DNA of 38,779 bases from Solirubrobacteraceae bacterium (GTDB taxonomy: Bacteria; Actinomycetota; Thermoleophilia; Solirubrobacterales; Solirubrobacteraceae): NCBI GenBank assembly GCA_035486255.1, contig DATHNH010000168.1, forward strand, positions 1 to 38,779. Reading direction: 5' to 3'. A model generated the notes under the pieces. The model was not told the origin of the DNA. It made no database searches and was given only the letters and a program-made list of their open reading frames with translations. The position numbers and the translations under genes are program-made. Positions 26,672-35,185 of the stretch are shown piece after piece (position 1 is the first letter of the stretch; each line of letters starts with the position of its first letter).

Positions 26672-26744
26672 AGCCGACGAAGGGGCTCGAACCCTTGACC
26701 TCGTCCTTACCATGGACGCGCTCTACCAGCTGAGCTACGTCGGC
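26672..26744 (-). tRNA. tRNA-Thr (GGT)
   Basis: GCCGACG acceptor stem, AGCTCAGCTGGTAGAGC D-arm, CGTCC-ATGGTAA-GGACG anticodon arm, AAGGG-TTCGAGC-CCCTT T-arm; CCA not encoded. Confidence 0.97.
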
Positions 26745-27212
26745 GCTGAGGGCAATCGTATCGCTGCCGGATGGCGCTTGTCTGGAGGCTACTAGCAGGC
26801 ATGGCCGGTCAATGTTCATGCGGCGTCGCCTGCCGGGAGCTGGATCTATGCCGATCTACTTGCCTAGGCGGCGCAACGTCTCGCGACGCTCCTCTATTAG
26901 CCGACGGCGGCGGTCCCGGCGCTCGTCTGCTGTGCCAGGCAGTCCGGTGGTCCTCACCTTCGCTACGGCCGGGGCGGTCGCCGGCTTCTCGCATTTTGCT
27001 GGCTGGAGGACGGTTCGGATTGCTCGGTACGCATAGGGTCAGCCTATCGTCCTGGCCGCGGCGCTCAAGGGTCGCTTGACGAGCGCTGGTTGATCGCGGA
27101 CCGGCAGATCGAGGTGGACCGCGAGGAGATCGTGGATAACCGCCTGCGCCGCTACTGTGCCGGCAACCACGAGCAGCCAGATACCGATCGCAAAGCGCAC
27201 ACGGAACAATAA

Positions 27213-27407
27213 GTCCTCGATGGGGAATGAGTAGTGATCGCTGAGCATCTTCAGGCTGGTGCCACACTCGCTAGCGACGATCTGTGGATCCTCTGTGCGG
27301 AGGCGCAACGAGATACCACCGCGGCGCAGCGCATGCGGCGTGGCGCCAAGTATGCGAGCGAACTCTGGGCGCTGCGCGACGGCACGCACGGCTGGGGTGA
27401 AGTCGCT
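27213..27407 (-). pseudogene. Tyrosine recombinase/integrase C-terminal remnant
   Basis: 'TPHALRRGGISLRL..DPQIVASECGTSLKMLSDHY' has the HxxR box and terminal Tyr; no N-terminal part; fused to an unrelated hydrophobic fragment. Confidence 0.7.
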
Positions 27408-27410
27408 ACC

Positions 27411-27431
27411 AGGGTCCTCGGGCAGGACCCT
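27411..27431 (-). terminator. Hairpin after the PRC-barrel pseudogene
   Basis: AGGGTCCT-CGGGC-AGGACCCT, perfect 8-bp stem. Confidence 0.5.
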
Positions 27432-27433
27432 CG

Positions 27434-27807
27434 TTAGCGACGAGCGAGTCGGCGTCCGCTCTCTGTGTTCGGGGGTGTGTAGTTGAGCTCGTAGTGGTGA
27501 TACAACGCCGACTCGTCGGCCTGTGAAAGCTCGTCGCCCTGCAACTCGATGTTGGGCGCCGCCTCAACCTGGCTCTTGTTGACGGCAACCTGCAGCTCAT
27601 CGGGGCCGACCTTGATCCCGCCGAGCGGCACGAATGTCAGGTGCCGACCGATGAAACCTTCCTTGACCGTCGCGAACTGCGGGACGTCGGTCTAGACGTC
27701 GACGTAGACATCCTGCAGCTTGCCGATCTTCTCGCCCTCGGCATCCACAAGCGTCTTGCCATGCCAGTCGGCCACATTCCCTCCGCCGCCTGCTGATCGT
27801 CGCTCAT
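27434..27807 (-). pseudogene. PRC-barrel domain protein pseudogene
   Basis: GGAGG SD and ATG at 27807; frameshift near 27780; reads VADWHGKTLVDAEGEKIGKLQDVYVDV*TDVPQFATVKEG..FVPL with in-frame TAG at 27692-27694. Confidence 0.85.
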
Positions 27808-27991
27808 GCCTTCCTCCGATTTGCTTTCGCCTGGATCGCCGGAAATGTCCCGGCACACAACACACCCGTACGTGGCGCTTCGCAAATCAGCTTGACATGG
27901 GAACAACTGCCAGCTTGTGGAGACCGGGAGCCTCGTCGAACGCGTCACGAGCGCATTCCTTGAGGGGACGGTCGCGGCGTTAGGGTCTGAG

Positions 27992-28026
27992 TTGATTGCC
28001 GCCCACGACGTGTGGGCGGCAATCAA
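27992..28026 (-). terminator. Strong hairpin after the membrane-protein gene
   Basis: TTGATTGCCGCCCAC-GACGT-GTGGGCGGCAATCAA, perfect 15-bp stem. Confidence 0.7.
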
Positions 28027-28035
28027 GCTTTGGTG

Positions 28036-28512
28036 TCAGGCGGCGGCCACTACGGGGTGGCGGTGTCTGAGGTTGACCTGCCAGTTCGCGAGCGGGAGCA
28101 GGAACAGCACCGCGCCGAGCAGGATCAGGATCCATCCGGCCAGGGTGGCGATCATCCCGATGACCGACCATCCCCAGGCGCCCAGGAGTAGACCGTTCAG
28201 CGTTTCTCCCATGAACAGGGTGGTGCGCTCACCCGCGAGCGTCGTGTTCTTCATGCCGCCGGCGATCCACTCGGCGCTGATCTGCGAGTAGGTCTTGCCG
28301 CCCGCAACCTTCGTCAGGTCTACACCGATCTGCTTCTGGGCGTAGAGCTTGGCCTGCTTGCCGGTGAGCACCTGCTGGCCGGCGTAGGCGGCCAGCCCTT
28401 GGTTTGTTGCAGGCTTTGGGAAGAAGATCTTCTGCGGGGCGAGCTGGTCGTGTACGACCTGCTTGTCGTAGCGGCCGCCGACGAGCGCGAGCGCGCCGAC
28501 GACGACGATCAT
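28036..28512 (-). pseudogene. Two-TM actinobacterial membrane protein, probably 5'-truncated
   Basis: 'VHDQLAPQKIFFP', 'GGKTYSQIS' and 'RTTLFMGETLNGLLL'; begins mid-helix with no SD and abuts a divergent gene fragment. Confidence 0.6.
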
Positions 28513-28514
28513 AC

Positions 28515-28772
28515 GGCGGCTACATCACACGCGAGCGCAACGGACGACGCAACCGGTACACGATCCAATCCGGCCTTCCGCTCCCCGACCGTCTCGGCCG
28601 CGTGCAACGGATCGGCGACCTGCTCACCATCCTCATCGGCACCACCGACGAGTTTCCAGGCCCGCCGGACGAGAGGTTCGCTGGTTCGATCCGGGAGCCT
28701 TATGCAGTTTGGGCCTGGGTAACGATTCTCATTTTATTCATGCCTGCTACCATGACATTATGCGTCAGCTGA
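28515..28772 (+). pseudogene. C-terminal (wing) remnant of a winged-HTH regulator
   Basis: 'GGYITRERNGRRNRYTIQSGLPLPD....RIGDLLTIL'; HTH part and start codon absent. Confidence 0.7.
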
Positions 28773-29059
28773 CATTGCGAGTGCCCGAAGAGCTCGCTGA
28801 GCAGCTCAAGGGGGCAGCACGTGATCACGAGGAGAGCGTCAACGGCTACGCCGTCAAGGTTCTCTCAGCGGCGGTCGACCCGGACCTCGCGGGCGATGAG
28901 ATCACAGGCTTGAGAGAGCGCCTCGGGCGAGCTGGGCTTCTGTTGAATCCCGAGCGCCTCCCGACTCGGCGTCCGTCAGAGCGCGCGCTTAGTCGCGCTC
29001 GCGCCGCCGCCGGGCGTGGCAGGCCGCTGTCGGACTTCGTCGCGGAGGGGCGTCGCTGA
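28760..29059 (+). CDS. Ribbon-helix-helix antitoxin (VapB-like)
   Basis: 'MRQLTLRVPEELAEQLK..A....SVN' RHH and 'GRPLSDFVAEGR' tail; directly upstream of a PIN gene; TACCAT 6 nt before ATG suggests a leaderless mRNA. Confidence 0.85.
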   Translation: MRQLTLRVPEELAEQLKGAARDHEESVNGYAVKVLSAAVDPDLAGDEITGLRERLGRAGLLLNPERLPTRRPSERALSRARAAAGRGRPLSDFVAEGRR

Positions 29060-29499
29060 GCACCTTTGCCGATTCGTCGGCGCTCGTAAAGCTGTATGCC
29101 GACGAGGATGGGCATCGAGCGATCCGCGCGCTCGATGCGCTCGTCGTCTCGGCGCTCGCGCGTGTGGAGGTGCCCTCCGCGCTGTGGCGCAAGACACGAA
29201 CGGGAGAGCTGGAGGATGCAACCGCCAGCACTTTGGTCAGTGCGTTCGAGTTCGACTTCCACGGCGATCTCGACTCGGGCTCGCGCTTTACGATCGTCTC
29301 TCCGACCGAGCCGGTGCTCGTCGCGGGCGCACGAGAGGCAGCGCGCCACGCGCTGCGCGCATATGACGCGGTACAGCTCGCAAGCGCTCTTGCGGTCCGC
29401 GAGCTCGACCCACGCTGCAGCCACTTCGCCTGCTTCGACATCGAGCTGCGGCGCGCAGCCAGCCGCGCGGGCTTCGTGCTGGTACCAGAAACGCAATGA
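29056..29499 (+). CDS. vapC: VapC PIN-domain toxin, apparent CTG start
   Basis: Frame reads (L)STFADSSALVKLY..VSALARVEVPSAL..LRAYDAVQLASAL..FACFDIELRRAA; GGAGGG SD; CTGA overlap with the antitoxin stop. Confidence 0.88.
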   Translation: MSTFADSSALVKLYADEDGHRAIRALDALVVSALARVEVPSALWRKTRTGELEDATASTLVSAFEFDFHGDLDSGSRFTIVSPTEPVLVAGAREAARHALRAYDAVQLASALAVRELDPRCSHFACFDIELRRAASRAGFVLVPETQ

Positions 29500-29666
29500 C
29501 CAGGGAGCAGCATCGCTGGTCAAGGACGCCCAGTAGTGCTGTACGGCCACCCGCCTCCGGCCGAATCGGGGCGGCTGACTGCCGTCACCGCCAGAGCTTC
29601 GGTTGAGGCGACGCGCTGCAGACATCGGACACAAGCACCGATCCTGCGGTCGCGTCGCCCTACGTT

Positions 29667-31172
29667 TCAGCGCTTTCCATGGGTAAGGACAAGCGTCCGC
29701 GACCGCATCACTAGCGGCCCCCCAGGGACGCTGATCGTGACCGCGATAGAGACTTTCAGCTTATGCCTGTGAGAGAGCAGCGCGATACCCATAGGGGACA
29801 GACGCGCGTGCACTGTGGAGCGCTGCCCGCCGCGTAGCAAGGAGGAGGTCGATCCCAGAATCACTGAGGTCCTCGTCATGGCATCCACGCGAGAGGTGCG
29901 GGACGGATGAGATGGGAGGCTTGTCGTGATCGTGGTGCGCACCTGACAAAGCACGACCGAGCTGGGACAGCTTGCCCCAATCCTGGTGTCCACAGATCCA
30001 GTGGGCGAGCGCGACGGTATGCCGAACAACTGCGGGATTGCGACCGTTGCATTTGCAGGACTGGAGAAGCTCGGGGCCGAGAGAGGTGCCGCGATGGCTG
30101 CAGAGGGCGAAGCGGTAACACTGCCCAGGACGCCGGTACCGTCGATTCCGACCGCTATCGGTCCTCCTGAGGATTCAGTGATGATGATGATCGAGGCATC
30201 CTTTTGCCCTGCCGTGGTGGGCTGAAAGTTGCCTGTGATAGTGCATGACGCGCCCATTGCGATGATCTGTCCTTCGCAAGTGTCGGAGAGGATTGGGAAC
30301 ATCAATGGCGTCCCTGAGACCAGGAATGTCTTTTGGATTTCCAAGGGGTAGTCGCCAGTGTTCGTGGCTGTAAAGGTGTAGGGCGCTGAGGAGCCGACGA
30401 GCACTTCACCGAGTAGCGCCTGGTGTGAGCTGAGGCTGAGCTGTGGCCCGTTCGCGCCGCTGCCTGAGAGTGGGATGACGAAGGAGCTGTTCGTCGCATC
30501 GCTGGTCACGACCAGTTCCGCGGTCTTTTCTCCGGGTGTGGTGGGTGAGAAGCGCACGCTCTCATCGCAGTTGTTGTCCTGCGAGAGATCGTCATGAGCG
30601 CAGTTGCCATAGGCCAAAGAGAAGGAGGCGGCATCTGGGCCGATGATTTCCACGGCTTCGACATGTGTGCCCGCGTTTGTGTTGGAGATCGTCACCTGCT
30701 CCGTTTCGCCGCCGCGACCATCAACGGTCAGCGGGAAGCTCAATGGAGTTGGTTCGGCCGACAGCGTACCGGTGAGACCCGTCCCGGAAAGAGCGACTTC
30801 GACGGGACCGGAGTTGTCCTGAAGCTCGAGTGTCGCGTGCTTTTCGCCAGGAGCTTGGTGCAGGAAGCTGACACCGAGCTCGCAATTCGAGCCGGGATCC
30901 ATTATTTCATCCGCGCAGTAATCCGGACTGATCGAGAATTCCGCGGCATCTGGACCGACGATACGAACCGATCCGACGGTCGTAGGAAACGGCGATTCAT
31001 TTTTAAAGAGGATGATCTGGGAAGGATTCCCCCCCGAATGAACTTCCACCGAACCGAATCCGACGGTGCTCAGCGACGGCTTGAGCTCTGAAGCAAGAGC
31101 CGGAGCCGCACCGGCGAGCATGCCTGTAAGCGTTACTAGGCTCAGCATGAGGATCCTACGAGATTTGGGCAT
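29667..31172 (-). CDS. Secreted protein with tandem choice-of-anchor D (ASH/HYDIN-like Ig) domains
   Basis: Signal peptide ending 'PALA'; three repeats of 'F....C.......C...V.F.P...G.K.A.L......V.LSG.G'; GGAGGG SD. Confidence 0.85.
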   Translation of the reverse strand: MPKSRRILMLSLVTLTGMLAGAAPALASELKPSLSTVGFGSVEVHSGGNPSQIILFKNESPFPTTVGSVRIVGPDAAEFSISPDYCADEIMDPGSNCELGVSFLHQAPGEKHATLELQDNSGPVEVALSGTGLTGTLSAEPTPLSFPLTVDGRGGETEQVTISNTNAGTHVEAVEIIGPDAASFSLAYGNCAHDDLSQDNNCDESVRFSPTTPGEKTAELVVTSDATNSSFVIPLSGSGANGPQLSLSSHQALLGEVLVGSSAPYTFTATNTGDYPLEIQKTFLVSGTPLMFPILSDTCEGQIIAMGASCTITGNFQPTTAGQKDASIIIITESSGGPIAVGIDGTGVLGSVTASPSAAIAAPLSAPSFSSPANATVAIPQLFGIPSRSPTGSVDTRIGASCPSSVVLCQVRTTITTSLPSHPSRTSRVDAMTRTSVILGSTSSLLRGGQRSTVHARLSPMGIALLSHRHKLKVSIAVTISVPGGPLVMRSRTLVLTHGKR

Positions 31173-31265
31173 GGCGCCCTCCAAAATGATCCTGCGCGGC
31201 CCGCGATCCGGCGGGCTCCGGGTCCGACAATCGTGCGGCGATCGCTACGGCAGCACGTCCTACTG

Positions 31266-31293
31266 TTATCGACCTGCAGTCAACCAGACTTGA
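31266..31293 (-). promoter_or_regulatory. Sigma-28 (WhiG/FliA)-like promoter
   Basis: Minus strand TCAA-N16-GTCGATAA, the same spacing as the 12220-12247 site. Confidence 0.55.
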
Positions 31294-31633
31294 ATGAGAG
31301 CGAGGTTGAGGTGCATTTACCTTAGCTGCATCATGAGCAACACAATGCGGATATACGGAATAATCCTAATATACGGTGGCTGCCGAGCTCTCCTGACTCT
31401 AAATCGATGTCGATAATCGCGCCGACCCAGGATCATCCGTGCCACGGCCGTTCCATTCAGCGCTTATGACTTGCTGAGCGTGCTACTGTTCAGCCTTAGC
31501 GTATTCCCATTCGTGCTATCAGTGGTTTGGTTATGTGCTGTTGGTTGCTGGACGTGTAGACAGACACTTTCGTGACTGCTCCTTTCGCGGACCGCGCCTC
31601 GCCGGCAAATTTGTGCCTACGGAGGTCTTGGTC

Positions 31634-33427
31634 ATGCCCCAGAGTCGCGTTGGATCGGCAGATGAGCCAGCTGCTCGTAATGGGCTGACCCGGTTGGCAG
31701 CCCGGACGTCTGGCTCGCGTCAAACGAGCGATGGCGCTGACGCGCACTCGACGCCAGATGTCGAAGCGTACCTGCGTAGCGCATTTGAGGACGCTCCGAT
31801 CGGCATTGCTCTGATCAGCATCGACCCGGAGATTGAGGGCCGCTTCTTGCGAGTAAACCGGGCGCTTTGCGAGTTGACGGGATATTCCTCTGAGAAGCTC
31901 AAACTGACGGGCATCCACGCGCTTCTACATCCTGACGATCTACCGACCGATATCGCGGCGATGACGAGGCTTAACCAGGGAGAGGTTGACGGTTTTCAGC
32001 TCGAGCAACGTCTACTCCACGCCGAACGCCATGCGGTTTGGGTCACGGTCAATGCCACGCTGGTGCGTGACGCGACCGGCAATCCGCTCTACTGCATCCG
32101 CCAGTTGCAGGACATCGAGGAGCGCAAGCGCTACGAGGGCGAGCTGGGCTATCTCGTAGAGCACGACCCCCTCACCGGACTATTGAATCGTCGCGGCTTC
32201 GTCCGTCAGCTTACGCAGCAGATTGCCTATGCGTGCCGCTACGGCGACGGGGGCGCAGTGCTGTTTCTCGACCTCGACGACTTCAAGTACGTAAACGACA
32301 CGCTCGGGCACAGCACCGGCGATGAGGTAATCAGCGATCTCGCACGGGTCGTGCGCAAGCGGCTTCGCGAGACAGACATCTTTGCGCGCCTCGGAGGAGA
32401 CGAGTTCGCCGTGCTGTTGCCACACACGGCCGTGAGCGAGGCCGAAACGGTATCCAGCAGCCTGCTCGAAGCCGTGAGGGATGGATGTGCACTGTCGCTC
32501 GGTGAGGGCCGACGCGTGACGATCAGCATCGGGATCACCGGTTTCCAAAAGCCCGGTAAGGATCTGACCCCTGATGACATCCTGATCGATGCCGACGTCG
32601 CGATGTACGCCGCCAAGGAAGCCGGCAAGGATCGCGTCGCGGTCGCAAGCAAAGCAACCAAAGAGCGAATGAGATCGAGAATCACCTGGGCTGAGCGCGT
32701 CAGACGCGCTGTGCAGGATGGCCTGTTCGAGCTCTACTGTCAGCCGATCGTAAAGCTCGCCAACGACAGCGTCTCCCAATGGGAGCTGTTGCTGCGGCTA
32801 CCCGGCGACGGAGGTGAGCTGATCTTGCCAGCACAGTTCCTCTATACAGCGGAGCGCTCAGGACTGATCTTGGATATCGATCGCTGGGTCCTAAGCCAGG
32901 CGATGCAGTTGATCGCTGAGCAGCGTGACACAGGCTGTGAAGTGCGCCTCGAGGTCAATCTCTCCGGCCGGTCTGTCGGAGATCCCGAGCTGCTCACGCT
33001 GATCGAGCAAGGCCTCAAGGACAGAGCGATCAATCCGGCAAACCTCATACTCGAGGTAACTGAGACTGCTGCGATCGCAAATATGGACCGTGCGCGAGCC
33101 TTTGCGACCAAGTTGAGGGCTCTTGGGTGTGGTTTTGCACTCGATGACTTCGGTGCCGGATTCGGCTCTTTTTATTATCTCAAGCACATTCCCTTCGACT
33201 ACGTAAAGATCGATGGCGAGTTCATCCGCAACCTGCCATCCAGTAGCACCGATCAGTTGATCCTTGACTCGATAGTGCAGATGTCAAAGGGACTCGGAAA
33301 GCACACGATCGCTGAGTTCGTCGGTGACAGTGAGACAGTCAAGCTATTGAAGGAGCACGGCGTCGACTACGCACAGGGCTACCATATCGGCAAGCCCCGC
33401 CCGGTGTCTGCGGCGCGGGCACGCTGA
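31634..33427 (+). CDS. PAS-GGDEF-EAL protein
   Basis: GGAGG SD; PAS 'AFEDAPIGIAL..RVNRALC..HPDD'; 'RLGGDEF'; EAL domain with 'WELLLRL' and 'LDDFGAGF'. Confidence 0.95.
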   Translation: MPQSRVGSADEPAARNGLTRLAARTSGSRQTSDGADAHSTPDVEAYLRSAFEDAPIGIALISIDPEIEGRFLRVNRALCELTGYSSEKLKLTGIHALLHPDDLPTDIAAMTRLNQGEVDGFQLEQRLLHAERHAVWVTVNATLVRDATGNPLYCIRQLQDIEERKRYEGELGYLVEHDPLTGLLNRRGFVRQLTQQIAYACRYGDGGAVLFLDLDDFKYVNDTLGHSTGDEVISDLARVVRKRLRETDIFARLGGDEFAVLLPHTAVSEAETVSSSLLEAVRDGCALSLGEGRRVTISIGITGFQKPGKDLTPDDILIDADVAMYAAKEAGKDRVAVASKATKERMRSRITWAERVRRAVQDGLFELYCQPIVKLANDSVSQWELLLRLPGDGGELILPAQFLYTAERSGLILDIDRWVLSQAMQLIAEQRDTGCEVRLEVNLSGRSVGDPELLTLIEQGLKDRAINPANLILEVTETAAIANMDRARAFATKLRALGCGFALDDFGAGFGSFYYLKHIPFDYVKIDGEFIRNLPSSSTDQLILDSIVQMSKGLGKHTIAEFVGDSETVKLLKEHGVDYAQGYHIGKPRPVSAARAR

Positions 33428-33472
33428 GCAGAATAGCCGTCGAATCACTTGGTGCGGTGTGTACCGGACGGG

Positions 33473-33886
33473 CTATTCGGGGTCTGTTATCTCGACTGCT
33501 CCGAAGCCCTCGAGGGGCCCATCAACGAAGAAAATCTCCATCGTTATGTCGGGCTCCACATGGGCTTGACTGAGGAAAGCCACAACTTTGCGTCCAGTGA
33601 GCTCTTGAATCCTCTCTGTGTAACGCTTGGCCATGATGCGTTGGAAGTCCTCGCGCATAGCGATGACGCGATCGGGCTCACCGCTATCCATGATCGTCTG
33701 CTCGAGCGCCGTAAAACCACTTCCGCGCATGACAACGACAATGATGTCGTCAAGCACATATGTCTTAGCCTTCATTGGCCCCCGCCCATAATGCTCGCGC
33801 AGGGTACCGACGATGCTCGTCGAGATCGCCGCCAAGAGCTGACCACCACCGAGCGGTCCTGTGGCCTCCGCAGATTGCGTGTCCAC
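33473..33886 (-). CDS. DUF2294 / MpsC-family protein
   Basis: 'LLAAISTSIVGTLREHYGRGPMKAKTY', 'FTALEQT' and 'IQELTGRKVVAFLSQAHVEPD'. Confidence 0.9.
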   Translation of the reverse strand: MDTQSAEATGPLGGGQLLAAISTSIVGTLREHYGRGPMKAKTYVLDDIIVVVMRGSGFTALEQTIMDSGEPDRVIAMREDFQRIMAKRYTERIQELTGRKVVAFLSQAHVEPDITMEIFFVDGPLEGFGAVEITDPE

Positions 33887-33959
33887 TCCTGTTACTCCTT
33901 GATTGATCTCGACTTCGGAGTGTCAGGATCTGACTGCCCCGTGATCGCCCGGCCCATGG

Positions 33960-34520
33960 CTAAACGGCCACGATCCGCTCGAAGTCCACGAGGTCAAACA
34001 GGCGCTGGAGTCTATGTTGCTCTATTGCAGCAGCGATCATCTTAGCCGCGATCTCCTCGCTGAGGCCAACCCGGCACGCCGCCTGTCGGTGACTATGCTC
34101 GCCGAGCAGAACCAGGCCCAGTAGGTCCCGCTGAGTGCGGGACGGGAGAAGGAAGTTCGCTTGAGCTGTTGGCTGCGAGTTCCAGCAGGTTTTCGCTTGC
34201 TGCCCAGGTCCACCGCGCATCTCCCGCTCGTGCGCGCAGTGAGTGTAGACGTTGCCAGCCAGTGCAGCTCGAAGGCTCTGTTCCTCCAAGTCGATGCTGG
34301 CGGGCGTACGCCAGAGAGTGACGAAAGCCATGACAACAGCATCCTTGGCGAACTCTACGTCCTCAATGGTGAGCAGCGCGAGACTGCCGAGAGCGCCGGC
34401 GTGCCGGTCGTAGGTCTCCACGATGGCCTCAAAATTGAGTGCGACATCCGCGGCAAAGAGGGCCTCGTCCTTCGCCGTCGCAAAGGTCGAGGTCTTCCGC
34501 CACCTTGGACAGATACTCAT
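33960..34520 (-). CDS. Degenerate ECF sigma-factor-like protein with a STAS-like tail
   Basis: Region-2-like 'YDRHAGALGSLAL....AKDAVVMAFVTLWR.P' and region-4-like 'QRDLLGLVLLGEHSHRQAACRVGLS'; ATGA-coupled to the STAS gene. Confidence 0.6.
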   Translation of the reverse strand: MSICPRWRKTSTFATAKDEALFAADVALNFEAIVETYDRHAGALGSLALLTIEDVEFAKDAVVMAFVTLWRTPASIDLEEQSLRAALAGNVYTHCAHEREMRGGPGQQAKTCWNSQPTAQANFLLPSRTQRDLLGLVLLGEHSHRQAACRVGLSEEIAAKMIAAAIEQHRLQRLFDLVDFERIVAV

Positions 34521-34930
34521 GGCTCGATGGCCGCGATCTGCTTGAAGTCAACAAGCTCGAGCAGTCGCTGGATTTGGAGGCGCGGTGAGCGGATGCTCAC
34601 CGCGCCTCCATGAGCAGTCACTTGTTGGGCGGCAGCCGCGATGGCTAGCAGCCCGGAGCCGTCGATGGAGTCGAGTTCTGCGAAGTCGAGCACTACCTCC
34701 TCGACGGCGAACGCCGTCCCCACAAAACAGTCGATCAAGATCGAGTCGATCAAGATTGCGATGCTTGCCATATCCAGTTCGCCATTGAGTATTACGATGG
34801 CTCTATCGCCTTCAAGATGCGCAAAGGCGGTGAATGGCAGAGGTGATGCTCGGAGGTCGTAACGAGCGTTCGATCCGGTCGCAACCGCCGTATCCGGCAC
34901 CGCTGGCTGGGCTTCGTGCTCTACGAACAT
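34517..34930 (-). CDS. STAS-domain anti-sigma-factor antagonist
   Basis: 'LNGELDMAS', 'VVLDFAELDSIDGSGL' and 'IQRLLELV'. Confidence 0.88.
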   Translation of the reverse strand: MFVEHEAQPAVPDTAVATGSNARYDLRASPLPFTAFAHLEGDRAIVILNGELDMASIAILIDSILIDCFVGTAFAVEEVVLDFAELDSIDGSGLLAIAAAAQQVTAHGGAVSIRSPRLQIQRLLELVDFKQIAAIEP

Positions 34931-34932
34931 TA

Positions 34933-35009
34933 CGCTCCAGAATTTTGGTTTCCCGTAGCTAACAACGCCACCAGGGTCTGGAGCGACGCGCCAGTGGTTT
35001 AGGCCACTG
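34933..35009 (-). promoter_or_regulatory. Structured 5' leader of the STAS operon (two hairpins plus a competing SD-sequestering helix)
   Basis: CAGUGG-CCUAAA-CCACUG (35009-34992); CCA-GACCC-UGG (34981-34971); CGCUCCAGA (34985-34977) is complementary to UCUGGAGCG (34941-34933), which holds the SD. Confidence 0.65.
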
Positions 35010-35018
35010 ACAGCAGTT

Positions 35019-35046
35019 ATCCTAGCACATCGATAAGTTCTGTCAA
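35019..35046 (-). promoter_or_regulatory. Sigma-70-type promoter of the STAS operon
   Basis: TTGACA-N16-TAGGAT with TG extension; the predicted start falls just before the first leader hairpin. Confidence 0.65.
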
Positions 35047-35185
35047 TCGAACAGAATAAAACCTCTCTTCAGTGAGAATGGCCACCGCCGCTGGTTACGA
35101 ATGTTGGCTTAGGTTCCGCGGTCAGTCCAAACGCCGATAGCGAAGTCGGTACCATCGGTAACGCCTTCGCCTGAGAGACGGAGTG

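Noticed and set aside
26397-26819. N-terminal extension of the VOC ORF
   Set aside because: It runs through the tRNA and att scar; the VOC domain starts at 26396
27692-27694. Programmed TAG readthrough (pyrrolysine) in the PRC-barrel gene
   Set aside because: The gene also has a frameshift and lies among pseudogenes; a simple nonsense change (likely GAG to TAG) explains it
34992-35009. c-di-GMP-I riboswitch, suggested by GGCCTAAACC
   Set aside because: The GGCAAAC, GNRA tetraloop and GACGCAAAG elements are absent and a promoter occupies that space
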